Assembly: GCA_951406725.2 (NCBI GenBank)
Contig: OX597832.1
Span: 29,016,001 to 29,080,000, forward strand
DNA length: 64,000 bases
Direction: 5' to 3'
Source of the DNA: Octopus vulgaris
Taxonomy: Eukaryota
Within the stretch, counting starts at the first letter, position 1; each line of letters begins with the position of its first letter. Under the pieces are notes generated by a model. That model was not told the origin of the DNA. It saw only the letters and a list, made by a program, of their open reading frames with translations, and ran no database searches. Below, piece after piece: positions 14,567-29,669 of this stretch. The position numbers were made by a program, and so were the translations under genes.

Positions 14567-14798
14567 TATTTCTTTATTGCCCACAAGGGGCTAAACATAG
14601 AGAGGACAAACAAGGACAGACAAACGGATTAAGTCGATTACATCGACCCCAGTGCGAAACTGGTACTTTTATTTATAAACCCCGAAAGGATGAAAGGCAA
14701 AGTCGACCTCGGCGGAATTTGAACTCAGAACGTAACGAAAGACGAAATACCGCTAAGCATTCCGCCCGGCGCACTAACGTGTCTGCCAGCTCGCCGCC
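14567..14798 (-). mobile_element. Full-length SINE family B with 17-bp TSD
   Basis: AGTGAGTATTCAATATG at 14550-14566 and 14799-14815. Confidence 0.95.
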
Positions 14799-15516
14799 AG
14801 TGAGTATTCAATATGGTTGGCCCCCCCACCAGTTGGCCAACGTATGACACACCTAGTACTGTTGCTCTATGATAAAACACTAAATGTCTGAGAATGGATT
14901 CAAGGCTTCCATTCACTCAAGATAGACAGAGAACCACTCGATCAGTGGATCTAAGTTAAGCTATTCATCCAACAAACTTTAACAAGAAGCTGTACGAGAA
15001 GCTAAGCCTGCAGCTTATCAACAACAACAACAACAATATCACTAACAGCAGCAGGAATAACAACAACAACTACTCGGTGCGCATAGGAGTTCGATTGTGC
15101 TGTGTACAGCAACTCCATATTTTAACAGCTCACACCTCGCTACGAGAATCCTCTGATAAGAAGGCCAACAGCTCGTCTATATTTTATGGCGAATCCAATT
15201 GATCCAAACGAAGATAGATGGAGAATATTCCAGAGGATTTGTTAAAGAATCAGAAACAGAAGAATTATAAGACAAAGAAATGGTAGGAAGACAAAGAATT
15301 ATAAGAGAGAGAAGATGGGAATAAATAAGCACTGTTCGCAAACAGGTTGTTAACTCGGAAGAATTGATATTTTGCTCCGGTTTTTGTTTTTCCTAAGACA
15401 ATAAACAAAAACGAAATTATAGCTTCCTCGAAGCATTGACATCACAAACATCTAATTATAGTTCTATGGCACGTAGCAGCATCCATACAAACATAAAACG
15501 TACAAGCATACATACA

Positions 15517-15558
<42 letters not shown>

Positions 15559-15587
15559 TATATATACATACATATATTTATGTATAC

Positions 15588-15663
<76 letters not shown>

Positions 15664-15864
15664 ATATACATAAATACATATATATACATGTATGTATGCA
15701 TTTATGCATGTGTATATATATATATACATAGGCACTCTTTATACAGAACCCGATATCTACACACATACACACACTCATGTACGCACATATAAACATATGT
15801 ATATGGAAGTATACATATGTGTGTGTGTATATCTATATATCTATATATATATATGTATAATTAT

Positions 15865-15945
<81 letters not shown>

Positions 15946-15958
15946 CATACATATATAT

Positions 15959-16039
<81 letters not shown>

Positions 16040-16220
16040 TGCAAACATGTACATTCGGTCAAATGTACATGTATACAAATGTATATAATTAAATAAATAA
16101 ATATATATTTATATACGCATTTGTGTGGGTATTTGTTTGTTTATATATATATATATACTTTTTATATACATACACGAAGAAAGAGGGGGAGATAACTTTA
16201 TTACATCTATATATTTTATA

Positions 16221-16257
<37 letters not shown>

Positions 16258-16263
16258 GTGTGT

Positions 16264-16327
<64 letters not shown>

Positions 16328-16375
16328 GTGTACAAACGAAAAACAGACCGCGTACTCAAACACATGTGGAAGCTC

Positions 16376-16603
16376 TCTTACTCTTTTACTTGTTTCACTC
16401 ATTTGACTGCGGCCATGCTGGAGCACCGCATTTAGTTGAGCAAATCGACCCCGGGTCTTATTCTTTGTAAGCCCAGTACTTATTCTATCGGTCTCTTTTG
16501 CCGAACCGCTAAGTGACGGGGACGTAAACACACCATCATCGGTTGTCAAGCAATGCTAGGGGGACGGGGACAAACACAGACACACAAACACACACACACA
16601 CGC

Positions 16604-16656
<53 letters not shown>

Positions 16657-16836
16657 TATTGATATAGATATACGACAGGTTTCTTTCAGTTTCCGTCTAC
16701 CAAATCCACTCACAAGGCATTGGTCGGCCCGGGGCTATAGCAGAAGACACTTGCCCAAGATGCCACGCAGTGGGACTGAACCCGGAACCATGTGGTTGTT
16801 TAGCAAGCTACCTACCTCACAGTCACTCCTGCGCCT
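16376..16836 (-). mobile_element. Full-length SINE family A with internal (TA)n(TG)n tract
   Basis: Collinear with 28221-28645, 36864-37255 and 48577-49080. Confidence 0.93.
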
Positions 16837-17301
16837 GAATATTTCTATTAAGAATATGAGATTAAGAACTGCTTTACTTTAACTTTCGCAGACATAAATG
16901 CATTTGTTGTAGTTCGTTCTAATTAATCAATTTTGATCACGTGATGGAACCACTAATTGGATGGCCAGCCATGTATAGACAAACACGTGCTTTAAGAGGA
17001 ATGTTTATGCATTTTGGCTTAAAATAAACTAACATCATTAGTTTAAGCACCGTCAACTATTTTGACATTATTTTATACATCACATTATGTAAGAACCATG
17101 TCCTCCAGGGAGTCTCCTGCAAGAGTTGCTTATTCATAAGAATTTCGGCAAGCCACTTCCAAGCTGTACTTTGAAACTTAGAAATCGGAGTTAGCTGGAA
17201 AATCTTTAATTCATCCGAGATATGGATTTTATGTACGGACCTGCACTTCACAGCAAAGCGAAGAAAATGATATGTGGCTTTAGTTAGAAGCTGCTATATA
17301 G

Positions 17302-17455
17302 CTTTTTTTCTTTTCTGTTTTTTCTTTCCTTTTTGCGATCCCTTTTGATCGAAAACCTACCCCACTTTTTTTTTCTCTCCCCAAAAAGAAAAGCTCTACT
17401 TTGTAATTTGTCCCGTCTGTGTTCAGCCCTGTTTGGCTAATTAAGAAACATATAT
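17302..17455 (+). mobile_element. Probable LINE 3'-UTR/tail fragment
   Basis: Pyrimidine-rich stretch ending tttgtcccgtctgtgttcagccctgtttggctaattaagaaacata, similar to the SINE B tail but without a SINE head or core. Confidence 0.45.
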
Positions 17456-17502
17456 AGCGACGGTCCTTTAAGCCCTGGATCCTACTTTCTACTGCAAAGA
17501 CT

Positions 17503-18335
17503 GACGAAGGAGAAATGAACCGTGCTCAATCCATCATTTAATCTGGATAACTCTACGAATAGAGTCAGGAACTTATATTCCTCATCACACGTCCTTTTCC
17601 ACCAACTGTAGATAAAGAATCATTTCTACTATAGGAACAAGACAAGAAATTTGGTGGGAGCGGGTGGGGGCAAGTTGATTACATCGACCCCAATGCACGA
17701 CTCCGATAGGAGGAAAAATAAAGTTGGTTTCGGCGGAATTTCAATTCAGAACGTGAAGACGAACGAAACGCCGCTAAGCATGTTGTCCGGCGTGCTGACC
17801 ACTCTGCCAGCTCACCACCTTCCAACCATAGGTTAAATATTACAAGCTTTTTTAATAATGTTGAGATTGGCTTCTCCTGACTGAACAACATCGCTTCCAG
17901 CAAAAAATGCTGTTACTATACCAAACACCGATCTGTAACTACTGAAATGATTGCAATTGTCCACTGACGAGATTCTTCTTTTCCAATGCAATAGTTTATA
18001 GGATGATCCTCGCTCCGCCAAACCTATTTAGTTCCTGAAGAACTAAACAGGTGTCCCAGACAATGATTTTTCAAGAGAACTTTCAGTTTGTGCCTCAGAT
18101 CAAAAATTAGTGAAAACTCCCCTATTCTCTTGTATCTTATCTGAAGACTTAAAAACCAGGAAAATTATCTGCCTAACATAATATTGAGTATATTCAACAG
18201 GGTACTGCTTTTTTCACTCGGAGCGCGTTACTGCCGCCAATGTCTCACTGAGTTACCATACATACATTGCAACATCGTCTTGTATTTTTTTAACAACGAA
18301 ATTGATTTTGCACACAACTGTCAATTACGGAGCTT
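17503..18335 (+). pseudogene. Heavily decayed Penelope-like (Naiad-type) ORF C-terminus, interrupted by a SINE B
   Basis: In order: RRRNEP/LNPSFNLDNSTN..FLITRPFP; CNY*NDCNCPLTRFFFSNAIVYR; LLYLI*RLKNQENYLPNIILSI...GARYCRQCLTE. Confidence 0.6.
17622..17821 (-). mobile_element. Diverged SINE family B copy
   Basis: cggcggaatttcaattcagaacg...ctctgccagctcaccacctt. Confidence 0.85.
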
Positions 18336-18669
18336 CATATAAACTAATTCGAAGCCATAAGTTAGCAATGATTCGTGATTTCTTGTACTGAATCTATACT
18401 TAAACTTCAAAGGAATTTCTAATGAAGGTAAGAGTCATAACTGTGACCTATTGCGTTTATATCTCGCTCCATTCAGGAATCATTAATTTAATATCCAACA
18501 ACAGTTACAAATCCTACTAGCCGTCTAGTTGGTCACTAACAACAGGTACAATCTCGTGACCCGCAGTAAATAATAATAAGAACGAAATTTACACGTTACC
18601 CAATGAAAATCAACCTTCTTTGGAACTCGTAGCTGTCTGTTCTACCACTTCGATCGAGAGCTTCTAAAG

Positions 18670-19032
18670 CAGTGGTTCTGGTCCTGGTTCTACATGGCCC
18701 CTGAGGGCCCATGTAAGATTTGGTGGTGGTGGTGGTGGGGTTCCACACAACAAAATAGTAAATTGGGGATTCACAATAATATTTCAAGGGCCCCTGAAAA
18801 TATTTTGTTTAAGGTATATGTATTGGTATATATTGCATGAAACAGCTGGGTTTCTCTAACATTTTACATAGCTTAACCTATACTAGTTAATGTGTGAAAA
18901 AACAAAATAAGAAATTTAAAAGAAGTTTCTATAAAATTGGTTTCTAAACATTGAATAGCTACGGGGTCCAAGAGAATGAAATAGAAATCGATGGGGTCCA
19001 TAGATAAAAATAAAATTGGTTGAGAACCCCTG
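18670..19032. mobile_element. hAT-like MITE
   Basis: Ends CAGTGGTTCT... and ...GGTTGAGAACCCCTG; imperfect 8-bp TSD ttctaaag / ttctttag. Confidence 0.75.
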
Positions 19033-19581
19033 TTCTTTAGAAGAAGACATGTTTTTATTCCTGTAGAACTTTGAGGAAAGGAGATTTAAATAACAAACCG
19101 TTAAGTATATGCTTAGACAGATATGTATGTATGTATGTATGTATGTCTGTATGTATGTATGTATGTATATATGTGTACTTGTCTGTGTGCGCATGTACAT
19201 GTGCGTATATAAAAACAAAATTATACATACATACACACATACATACATACATGCATACATACATACATACACACATACATACATACACACATACATACAT
19301 ACTTACATACATACACATACACACATACATACATACATACATACATACATACATACATGCATACATACATACATACATACATGCATACATACATACATAC
19401 AAAGATAACATAAAAACTTAACAAAATGGCCGCTGAGCAGGTTGCCTCTGAAAATATACTTTTAATCGACAATCGTAAACAAAGAAGTGCACACACGCAA
19501 ACTCACACGCATACTTACACACGCACAAACACTCGTGAATAAACACACACATATCAAAAAGCAAAAACAAATACACACTCT

Positions 19582-19651
<70 letters not shown>

Positions 19652-20093
19652 AACTTACATACATCCAACCATACACATTAACGTGCATATACAAGCATTC
19701 ATACACACACACACACACACATAAATTGTAGTTAATTCCGTAATAAAACGAAGATAAATATCATCTCCGTCTTGAAGTAGACCCTCGGCTCCTATCCTCC
19801 ACCTAGCCACCCACAGTTTGACATCACCCAGGACAAGATTTTTATAGGATTTTGTGAAATATGTCAGATTTCCATGATGTATTGCGATTTCAATTTGCAA
19901 CGTTTGCTGTTTCATTTACATCGACACACGAAATTCTATATATATATATGTGTGTGTGTGTGTATGTGTATGTGTATGCATACACACACACAAACATACA
20001 TATACATATTCATATATATTTATATATATGAATCAATCTATATATACATATAAACTATATATATATACACACTCATACACATACATATATATG

Positions 20094-20133
<40 letters not shown>

Positions 20134-20269
20134 TACATATATATATATGCACACCTATAGGCACATATTTACACATATATGTATGTATTTATATAAAGCA
20201 TATGCATATATGTACATATACATTTAGAATATACACGACATTATGTAATATATAACGTATATGCTGCAT

Positions 20270-20303
<34 letters not shown>

Positions 20304-20396
20304 ATATATATGTATAGGCATATATACTGACATATATGTGTATGTATATATATATATGTATATATATATATGTATATATATATATATGCATATATG

Positions 20397-20548
20397 TGTA
20401 CAGGACGTCATAAAACGTAAACAACACGAAATACGAAAACAAACTTTTTTGCGAACATCGAGAGAAAGAAATGGGAAACAAGACAAGTAACATAGAGAAC
20501 GCTGCTTCATCAGTTGTCGGTTGTTTATCTACTCCACATTTCGGGCAA
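20397..20548 (-). mobile_element. Penelope-like terminal-repeat fragment
   Basis: Homologous to 53056-53135 (gtacaggacgtca...acaggacaagtaa); minus strand carries ctgatgaag and cgaaatgt. Confidence 0.5.
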
Positions 20549-20640
20549 TACGTGTATGTATGTATGTATGTATGTATGTATGTGTGTATGTATGTATGTA
20601 TGTGTGTGTGTATGTATGTATGTATGTATGTATGTATGTA

Positions 20641-20830
20641 TAGTTAATCCAAACATGAAAGCACAAAAAACACAACAACGCGAGGACGTGGAACAAATAT
20701 AGTATTATTGGACGCTCAGGAGAGAAGGAAAGAATGAGGGTTTAACGTTTCGAGCGGAGCTCTTCGTCGGATACAAAGGAGAAGGAAAGATCCAAAGAAG
20801 GGAAGACAGAAGAAGAAAAAAATCGCCAAC
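20641..20830 (-). mobile_element. Dispersed repeat with variant minimal hammerhead (20741-20772)
   Basis: Second copy at 43801-43990; minus strand CCGACGA-a-GAGC-tcc-GCTC-GAAA-cgtt. Confidence 0.7.
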
Positions 20831-20859
20831 GGTACACACGCGGTATGTATGTAAGTATG

Positions 20860-20890
<31 letters not shown>

Positions 20891-20966
20891 GTATGTATGT
20901 ATGTATGTATGTAAGTATGTATGTATGTATGTATGTATTTATGTATGTATGTATTTATGTATCAAT

Positions 20967-21006
<40 letters not shown>

Positions 21007-21120
21007 GTATACATATATATTTATATAAGTCTGTGTGTGTATGTATGATATATGTACACACATATGTGTGCACGCATGTGTATGTACATACATACATACA
21101 TACATACATACATACATACA

Positions 21121-21154
<34 letters not shown>

Positions 21155-21669
21155 CAAACATACATACATACATACCTATATGTACTGCGAATAAGTAGCT
21201 ACTAACAGTACAAAGCCGTGCAGACTTTAGTTAGATGACTTTAACTACAATAGAAACTACAAAATACTGCAGGCGTCCAAGGCTCTCGCAACGATGCTCA
21301 GTTGTGCGATGTTATATGGCACGTTATAAAAATAGGATTATTGAAATTATAGTAATGATAAAACTAATTTAATTATTAATTAGCCATTTCACAGATCACA
21401 TGATTAGTTATTAGCGTTGGTCTTTAATTGTTAATTAACCATTTCATGGATCTCGGAATCACTGATTAATGTTGGCTATTGCGAGGCAAGTGCTGCCTGG
21501 GTTAAATATATCTCTATTTGTTAAGATTCCATTCCGCTTTCGCTGTGGATCAAACGATACACGTTGATTGAACAGCGTCAGCGAACCTGTTTGTTTATCC
21601 TTTTAACCTAATGAAGAAGCCTCTGATATTAATAGCAGCTAAACCTCCCTCAATATTCACCATAAAATG

Positions 21670-22482
<813 letters not shown>

Positions 22483-22784
22483 CACTGCGAAAATGCACTT
22501 CTTAGTACATATGCCTCTCATGCACTACTTGGATCGATGGTATCGACTCTGCCCCTCCCCTCAAAATGGCTTGCCCTCCGGCCTCGATCAGAAACCGGTG
22601 TCGCGGCTGTTATTGTTGCTGTTGTTGTTGCTGTTACTTCTACTCGGTAATTAAGGTTGACTTGTGACTCCCTAACCCCACAATGGTCCCACAACTGAGA
22701 GGATAATAAGCCAGATCGATCCCAAATTACAGAAGTTGACCAGATATAACATCCAGCGTGAAAGAATGTTTGACGGTATCCACA

Positions 22785-23292
22785 AAAGAGGGGGAGAGAA
22801 GGAGAGGGAGAGTAAGGGATACAGAAGAGGAGATAGAGATGAGAAGAGAGAGAGGGGGAGAGAGAGGAGAGATACAGAGGGAGGATGAGAGGTGTAGAGA
22901 GTGTGGAGGAGAGATACAGAGAGAGAAGGGAGATAGGAGGGGAAGAGATACAGAGAGAGGAGGAGGAAATATATAAAGAGAGGAGGATGGGAGATACTGA
23001 GAGAGGAGGAGGGGAGATACAGAGAGAGGAGGAAGAGGAATACAAAGACAGATAGGAGAAGAGATACAGAGAGAGAGGGGGGGAAAAGGGATACAGAGAG
23101 AAAGAGAGAGAGGAAGAGGGATACAGAGAGAGGAGGGGAGATACAAAGAGAGTGAGAGATAGCGGAGGAGGGAGAAAGAGAGATAGAGAGGGGGAGAACA
23201 GGAAGAGAGAGAGCGAGAGACAGAGAGATCGAGGGAGAGAGAGAGAGGAGCAGAGATAGGGAGAAACAGAAAAGAGGGCTAAACTGAAAAGG

Positions 23293-23323
<31 letters not shown>

Positions 23324-23382
23324 GAGAGAGAGAGAGGGGTAGAGATAGGGAGAAACAGAAAAGAGGGCTAAACGGAAAAGGA

Positions 23383-23429
<47 letters not shown>

Positions 23430-23508
23430 CAATATCAGATAGGGAGACAGACAAAGGGCGAGAGAGAGAGAGAAAGTAAGATGGAGAAAAAGAAAGACAG
23501 AGAGAAAA
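22785..23508. repeat. GA-rich polypurine low-complexity tract
   Basis: Directly visible; recurrent ggagatacagagag units. Confidence 0.95.
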
Positions 23509-23952
23509 ATTGTAAGTAAACATCATTTCTAAAATTATGTCTGCAAAATTGAAGGAATATTGATTTTACTGGTCGATATTTATAAACTATTTTCACACTG
23601 AGAAGACATTTTATTCCAGATATAAACGCCGCCACAGAAAAATTCTTCCATGGCTGCAATGGGAAACGTTTCAGCAATCGTTATTGCTGGCTGCTGCAGC
23701 AAGAGACCGCGTTCTGCGTCGAGAAACTGTTTTATTTCTCATCTAAACCTCTTAAAAATCTTTATCAACGAAAGAGAAGGTAAAAGAAAGTTGCTTTCCA
23801 AAACCAATAAATTAACATAGTATCGATGAAGATCGATATAATTTAAGGCCAGTAGCGAACTGAGAGAAAACATACGTACATATATGCATACATACATACA
23901 TGGATACATACATACATACACACATACACACACACATACATACATGCATACA

Positions 23953-24018
<66 letters not shown>

Positions 24019-25424
24019 TACATACATACATGCATACATACACACATACATACATGCATACATGCATACATACATACATATATACATACATACATGCATA
24101 CACACACACATACATACATGCATATATACATACATACAAACAAACATATATACGTACATGTATACATAGATACAAACATATATACATACTTGTATACATG
24201 CATACATACATACAAACATATATGCATACATACATTCATACATACATGTATACATATATACATACATAGAAACATACATGCACACACATACATACATACA
24301 TTCATACATACACACCCACATACATACATACATACATAAATACACACACACATCCATACATACATACATATACAAATACATACACACACACATACATTCA
24401 TCCATACACATGTCTGTGTGTCTATGTGATGTTTGTTTCAGTTTGGCCTCTTCAAAGAACTCACTCACAGACGTACAATCAAAGAACTTTCTATGTATTT
24501 TTATTGGTTCCAAAGTTGGAATTAAAGATCGCGAGGAAATCGTCGTCTGTAGTTGCTCTATATTTATCGCTTTAATTAATTTTAATTAGGTAAAGTCATT
24601 AACTGGCACTGCAGAACTATCATTAGTTAACTCTGTCACCGTTTGACAGTTATTGCAAAGCATCATCGAAGCTATTACTCCGAAAGAAACATAATCAAAG
24701 AAAGAATTAGATGACAAGTTTCTCAAAGAATATTTTGGTTCTATTTTATTTCTACCAAACGGACACAAAGTTGTTTAGGAAATGGCTTCGAGAAACTCAG
24801 GAATTAAATAATAATTTGATTGCTTTGCCCTCAAATATAAGACAAAACACCGCGTGTTCAGGATTTACAGTTGAACGAGTTCGAGTGGGGTTGAACGATC
24901 GAAAATAGTTCAGTGATCTTAAAGGGTTAAAGGTCACAACACTCAAGTCATAAAGCATTATATGTTAACCTGAGTAATAGCGGCCCCTCGAGGTTGAGCT
25001 CACAAGGTGGGATGGAGAAGATTAAAGGGCGGTGGGGTTGCTTTGGTGTTGAGAGACAGTCGTGATTTTCATAAAAATATAATTGTTAACCACGGTACGA
25101 TACATTTATGTTACAAACATTTTAAAACCGACTTCTTACTGGGATTAAATTATGATAGCATTTTATTATGAGTGAGATGATTAATTACTGATGATGTTCC
25201 AAGGTCCAGTATAATTTCATTATATAATTGGGACATTGTGTTATGAGTGAGCAGATTAATGACAGATAATGTTCTAAGATCCGATGTAAGTTCAAAAAGC
25301 GTACGATACGACGACAACTTACCCTGGGGCCATGAAGTCACGGGCACCCTCTTCCGTTCCACATCATCCAAATAAACCCCTTGCCACATTCTGGGTCGCC
25401 CTAAATATCACTGAGAAGTACGTT

Positions 25425-25478
<54 letters not shown>

Positions 25479-26156
25479 TACTCAGCTACTTGCGTGCTTA
25501 AAATTTCACGAAGACTGTTCCTTTGACCGGATCAACTTGGAACCCGCGTCGTCGTAACCGACGGAGGGCCAAGTTTAATGAAATACACCAACAATGATTA
25601 CGCCATAACACATAAAACCACATCCACACCATCAAAGCAACTCCTGGTTGCACTGGTTACTCTCTTTCGAACCCCTTTCATTCCTATTCTTTCAGACTTG
25701 CAATTACAACGAGTCTCAACACAGAAATGCGTTGCGTTGCGTTCAGTCCTAGATAAAAGTTCGCAATATTTAATTCAATTAACAAATAAATATCACAAAA
25801 ATGAAATAATGAATAAAAGAAACGAAGAAAGGCGAGCCTAATAATGCGGTTCGCCACAGTTCTGGTCTGACTGTAATCTCCTACGCATTTTAACTGCTTC
25901 GCTGAATTCAAATATGATACAATTACCGCAAGATTTTTAATGATTCAGCGTTCTGTTCGAGCTTTGAAGTCGTCACAACAATATGGAGGTCTTCACTTTG
26001 AAAGACAAACTTTGCTTTGTTCGAATATTTTTACGTTGCCATTGTGGCAAAAAAAAAAGAAAGAAAAAAAGGAAAAGCAGTCTTCACCGGAGACATGCTT
26101 CGAAACGGATTCCGGCTGGCAGGATGGCTCAGTGAATTTAAACGTATACATATATT

Positions 26157-26236
<80 letters not shown>

Positions 26237-26459
26237 CATGTGTACAAGTGTATGCGTGTGTGTGTATGTGTATGTATGTAAACATATATATATATATATG
26301 CATGTATATGTATGTTATCTATATGTATATATGTATATATCTATCAATTTTCTGTTCAATTACTTCATGTGAATATATGTGTGTCTACGCATATACACAT
26401 ACTTATATATAAACGCATATGTGCAAACATACATATGTGTGTGTGTGTGTGTGTATGTA

Positions 26460-26495
<36 letters not shown>

Positions 26496-26829
26496 TGTAT
26501 GTATGTATGTATGTATGTATGTATGCGTATGCGTGTGAATATGACTGGCAAGTGTCCTGCTCTGAAACAGTTCTACCATAGTCGAGTCACTTATATTCAT
26601 TGACTGCAGAGGTGGGTTAGGACAACTGTCGAGCTGATGACGCCTCTTGAGGTAGAAACATGTCTCTGTGACTGTCCTTTTATTTCCAGACACTAAGTTT
26701 ATCCTTTTCCTGAATGGCAAGTCGAGTTTTGAGATTTGTTAAGTCTTGGGATTATCTCTCCTTCTCAAGTTGAGCTGGGTGGAATTAATTGTCATTTGGT
26801 AGTAACGATATATATCCCCTAGAGATAGG

Positions 26830-26928
26830 TTATAGTGGAAGACACTTGCCCAAGGTGCCACGCAGTGAGACTGAACCCGGAGCCATGTGATTGAAAAACA
26901 AACTCTTTACCACACAACCACGCCTGCG
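26830..26928 (-). mobile_element. SINE A 5' fragment
   Basis: gaagacacttgcccaaggtgccacgcagtgagactgaacccgg. Confidence 0.85.
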
Positions 26929-27954
26929 CACACGCACACACACACACATGCATATACACAAGCGTGTGTGCACTCACAGGACATTTTCATATGACGCCGC
27001 CAGAAAATGTTACGGCAGAAATTGTTTTCACCTCAATAGACGTCATTGATTGGTTGAAATTGCCGAAATGCAAAATATTAAACAACAAATATCTTACAAA
27101 CTACAGGATTTTCTCAAGAAAGCCAAGAGAAAAAGATGTTTTATAAACACATTCTACCAGTATACGAAGTTTAAAATTTTTTAGTTGCATAGAAAATATT
27201 TTTAAAATCTGCCCGTCAAAGATCCCACATACAGGCGGTACTCCAGCATGGCCGCAGTTAAATGACTGAAACAAGTAAAAGAGTAAAAGAATATACAAAA
27301 ACACACACAGACACAAACGAGAGAAGAGTGCCCTCAACACATATTGTGGAGGACGGCTTATAGTATTGTTGTGGTATGTCTCTCGTGTTGTGTTGTTTGT
27401 GCTGTGTTGTTAAGCACGTTGTGATTGTGTTGTGCGTCATGGTGTTCCGGCGTGTCGCCATCTTGTGTCGTCTGCACTGGTATGTCGTAATGTCCGCCGT
27501 AGTCTGCGCGGTCGTGTTACTCCATAACTCTGACAATAAAATGCTGGTTATGTTTTATGGAGCGTGACATTACTTATCTCTCTCGCTCTAAACAATCGTG
27601 AACTACTCCGTTCCGCTCCACTGCATCTCTTCCACCCACTTCTCTTCTTCACTCTCTCTTTCTCTCTTTCCCTCTTTCGCACCCCCCTCCCCTTCTTTCA
27701 ATTTTGTTGCATGTTTTATATATTTTGTTCTGTTTTCTTTTTGATCAACTTCCGGTGAGAAGAAAAGGAGAAGGGGGATGAGAAGGGAAGTATTTTTATT
27801 CTTGCTTAGATTGTTTTTGTTTTATATGACTTTTTCCTCTGGTCCCTGGACCCTGGACCCTGGTCCCCAATCTACCCCTATAAGTGTGTGTGGGGGGGGG
27901 GTGTATGCATCCACACTCGTGTGTAAATACATAGATGCGTACACATATACATAC

Positions 27955-28045
27955 CCTTTTACTCTTTTACTTGTTTCAGTCATTTGACTGCGGCCATGCT
28001 GGAGCACCGCCTTTAGTCGAACAAATCGATCCCAGGACTTATTCT
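27955..28045 (-). mobile_element. SINE A 3' fragment (another lies on + at 27233-27290)
   Basis: ttacttgtttcagtcatttgactgcggccatgctggagcaccgcc. Confidence 0.85.
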
Positions 28046-28220
28046 GATACAGAAATACGTACGTACATACGTACATACATACATACATACATACATACAT
28101 ACATACATACATACATACATACGTACGTACGTTTTGCGTAAACTTATTAGTCCAAAACCTAATGCCCCTAGGTACGAATGAGGATTCATAGCCACGGATT
28201 TATCTATGTATATTTATGTA

Positions 28221-28379
28221 TAGGAGTGGCTGTGTGATATGTAGCTTGCTTGCAAATCACATGGTTCCGGGTTCAGTCCCATTGCGTGGCACCTTGGGCA
28301 AGTGTCTTCTACTATAACCTCGGGCCGACCAAAGCCTTGTGAGCGGATTTGGTAGACGGAAACTGAAATAAGCCTGTCG

Positions 28380-28436
<57 letters not shown>

Positions 28437-28645
28437 TCGTGTGTCTGTGTTTGTTCCCCCCACCATCACTTGACAACCGATGTTAGTGTGTTTACGTCCC
28501 CGTAACTTAGCGGTTCGGCAAAAGAGACCGATAGAATAAATACTGGGCTACCAAAGAATAAGTCCTGGTGGAGTCGATTTGTTCGACTAAAGGCGGTGCT
28601 CCAGCATGGCCGCAGTCAAATGACTGAAACAGGTAAAAGAGTAAA
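28221..28645 (+). mobile_element. Full-length SINE family A
   Basis: Head, internal (TA)(TG) tract and 3' part ending aaatgactgaaacaggtaaaagagtaaa. Confidence 0.93.
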
Positions 28646-28696
28646 GCGTATAATCATGATATACATGCGTATATTATGATATGTGTATAATACATG

Positions 28697-29040
28697 ATAT
28701 ACACCCATTTGAAAGTATATATAAATATAATTCATCTTGGGTGTAGCTAAATACACATTATATACAACCATTTTAGCGTGTATAATTCAACAATCAACAC
28801 GGAGTGAATTTAAATATATATTATATACACTGATTTCAGAGTATATAAAACTATAATTAATCCGAGGAGAAGCTAAATGTGTATTTTATACACTCACTCA
28901 AGGGTATATAAAGTTATAATTGATCTGGATTGCAATTAAATATGCATTTTATACACTCATTTGTGAGTATATAAAGCTGTAATGAGTTCGGTAAAGCCAT
29001 ATATACATTCTACACTCTCATTCGTGAGTGTATATAAAGC
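28697..29040. repeat. Diverged 63-bp minisatellite, about 5.5 units
   Basis: Unit starts at 28697, 28760, 28823, 28886, 28949 and about 29010; consensus begins tatacactcattt..gagtatataaa. Confidence 0.85.
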
Positions 29041-29141
29041 AGTGAGGCATTTATGTTAAATAGGTCAGGTTTAAGCAGTAATCAGATTCTGAAGAAATAA
29101 ACTTCTTCGGTGGAAGAGGTCGCTGTCTGCAATGACTTATT

Positions 29142-29210
<69 letters not shown>

Positions 29211-29287
29211 CTGTATGTGTGTGTATATATATGTATTTGTGTGTGCGTGTGTCTGTCTATACGTGTATGTGTGTGAGTGTGTGACTG

Positions 29288-29334
<47 letters not shown>

Positions 29335-29623
29335 ATATGTATATGTGTGTATGTCTGTCTGTCTATACGTGTATGTGTGTGTGACTGTATGTGTGTGTAT
29401 ATATGTATATGTGCGTATGTCTGTCTCTCTATACGTGTATATGTGTGAGAGTGTAACTGTATGTGTGTGTATATATATGTATATGTGTGTGTGTATCTAT
29501 CTGTCTGGCTGTCTGTGTGTGAGTCTGTGTACGTATGTGTATATGGGTGTAGCTTGTGTATGTGTATGGGTGTAGTAAGGTATGTGTGTCTGTGTGAATG
29601 TATGTGTATTGTATGTATGTGTA

Positions 29624-29669
<46 letters not shown>

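Noticed and set aside
19655-19915. 86-aa complex-looking ORF
   Set aside because: No recognisable motif, it runs into a microsatellite, and its length is compatible with chance.
23620-23779. Candidate internal exon (ttttattccag ... aag|gtaaaa) with one open frame
   Set aside because: The peptide is unrecognisable, the donor is weak and no partner exons were found; unsupported without RNA data.
28697-29040. CRISPR-like array of dyad repeats
   Set aside because: Whole units are homologous with no unique spacers, the repeats are highly diverged, there are no cas genes, and the context is eukaryotic.
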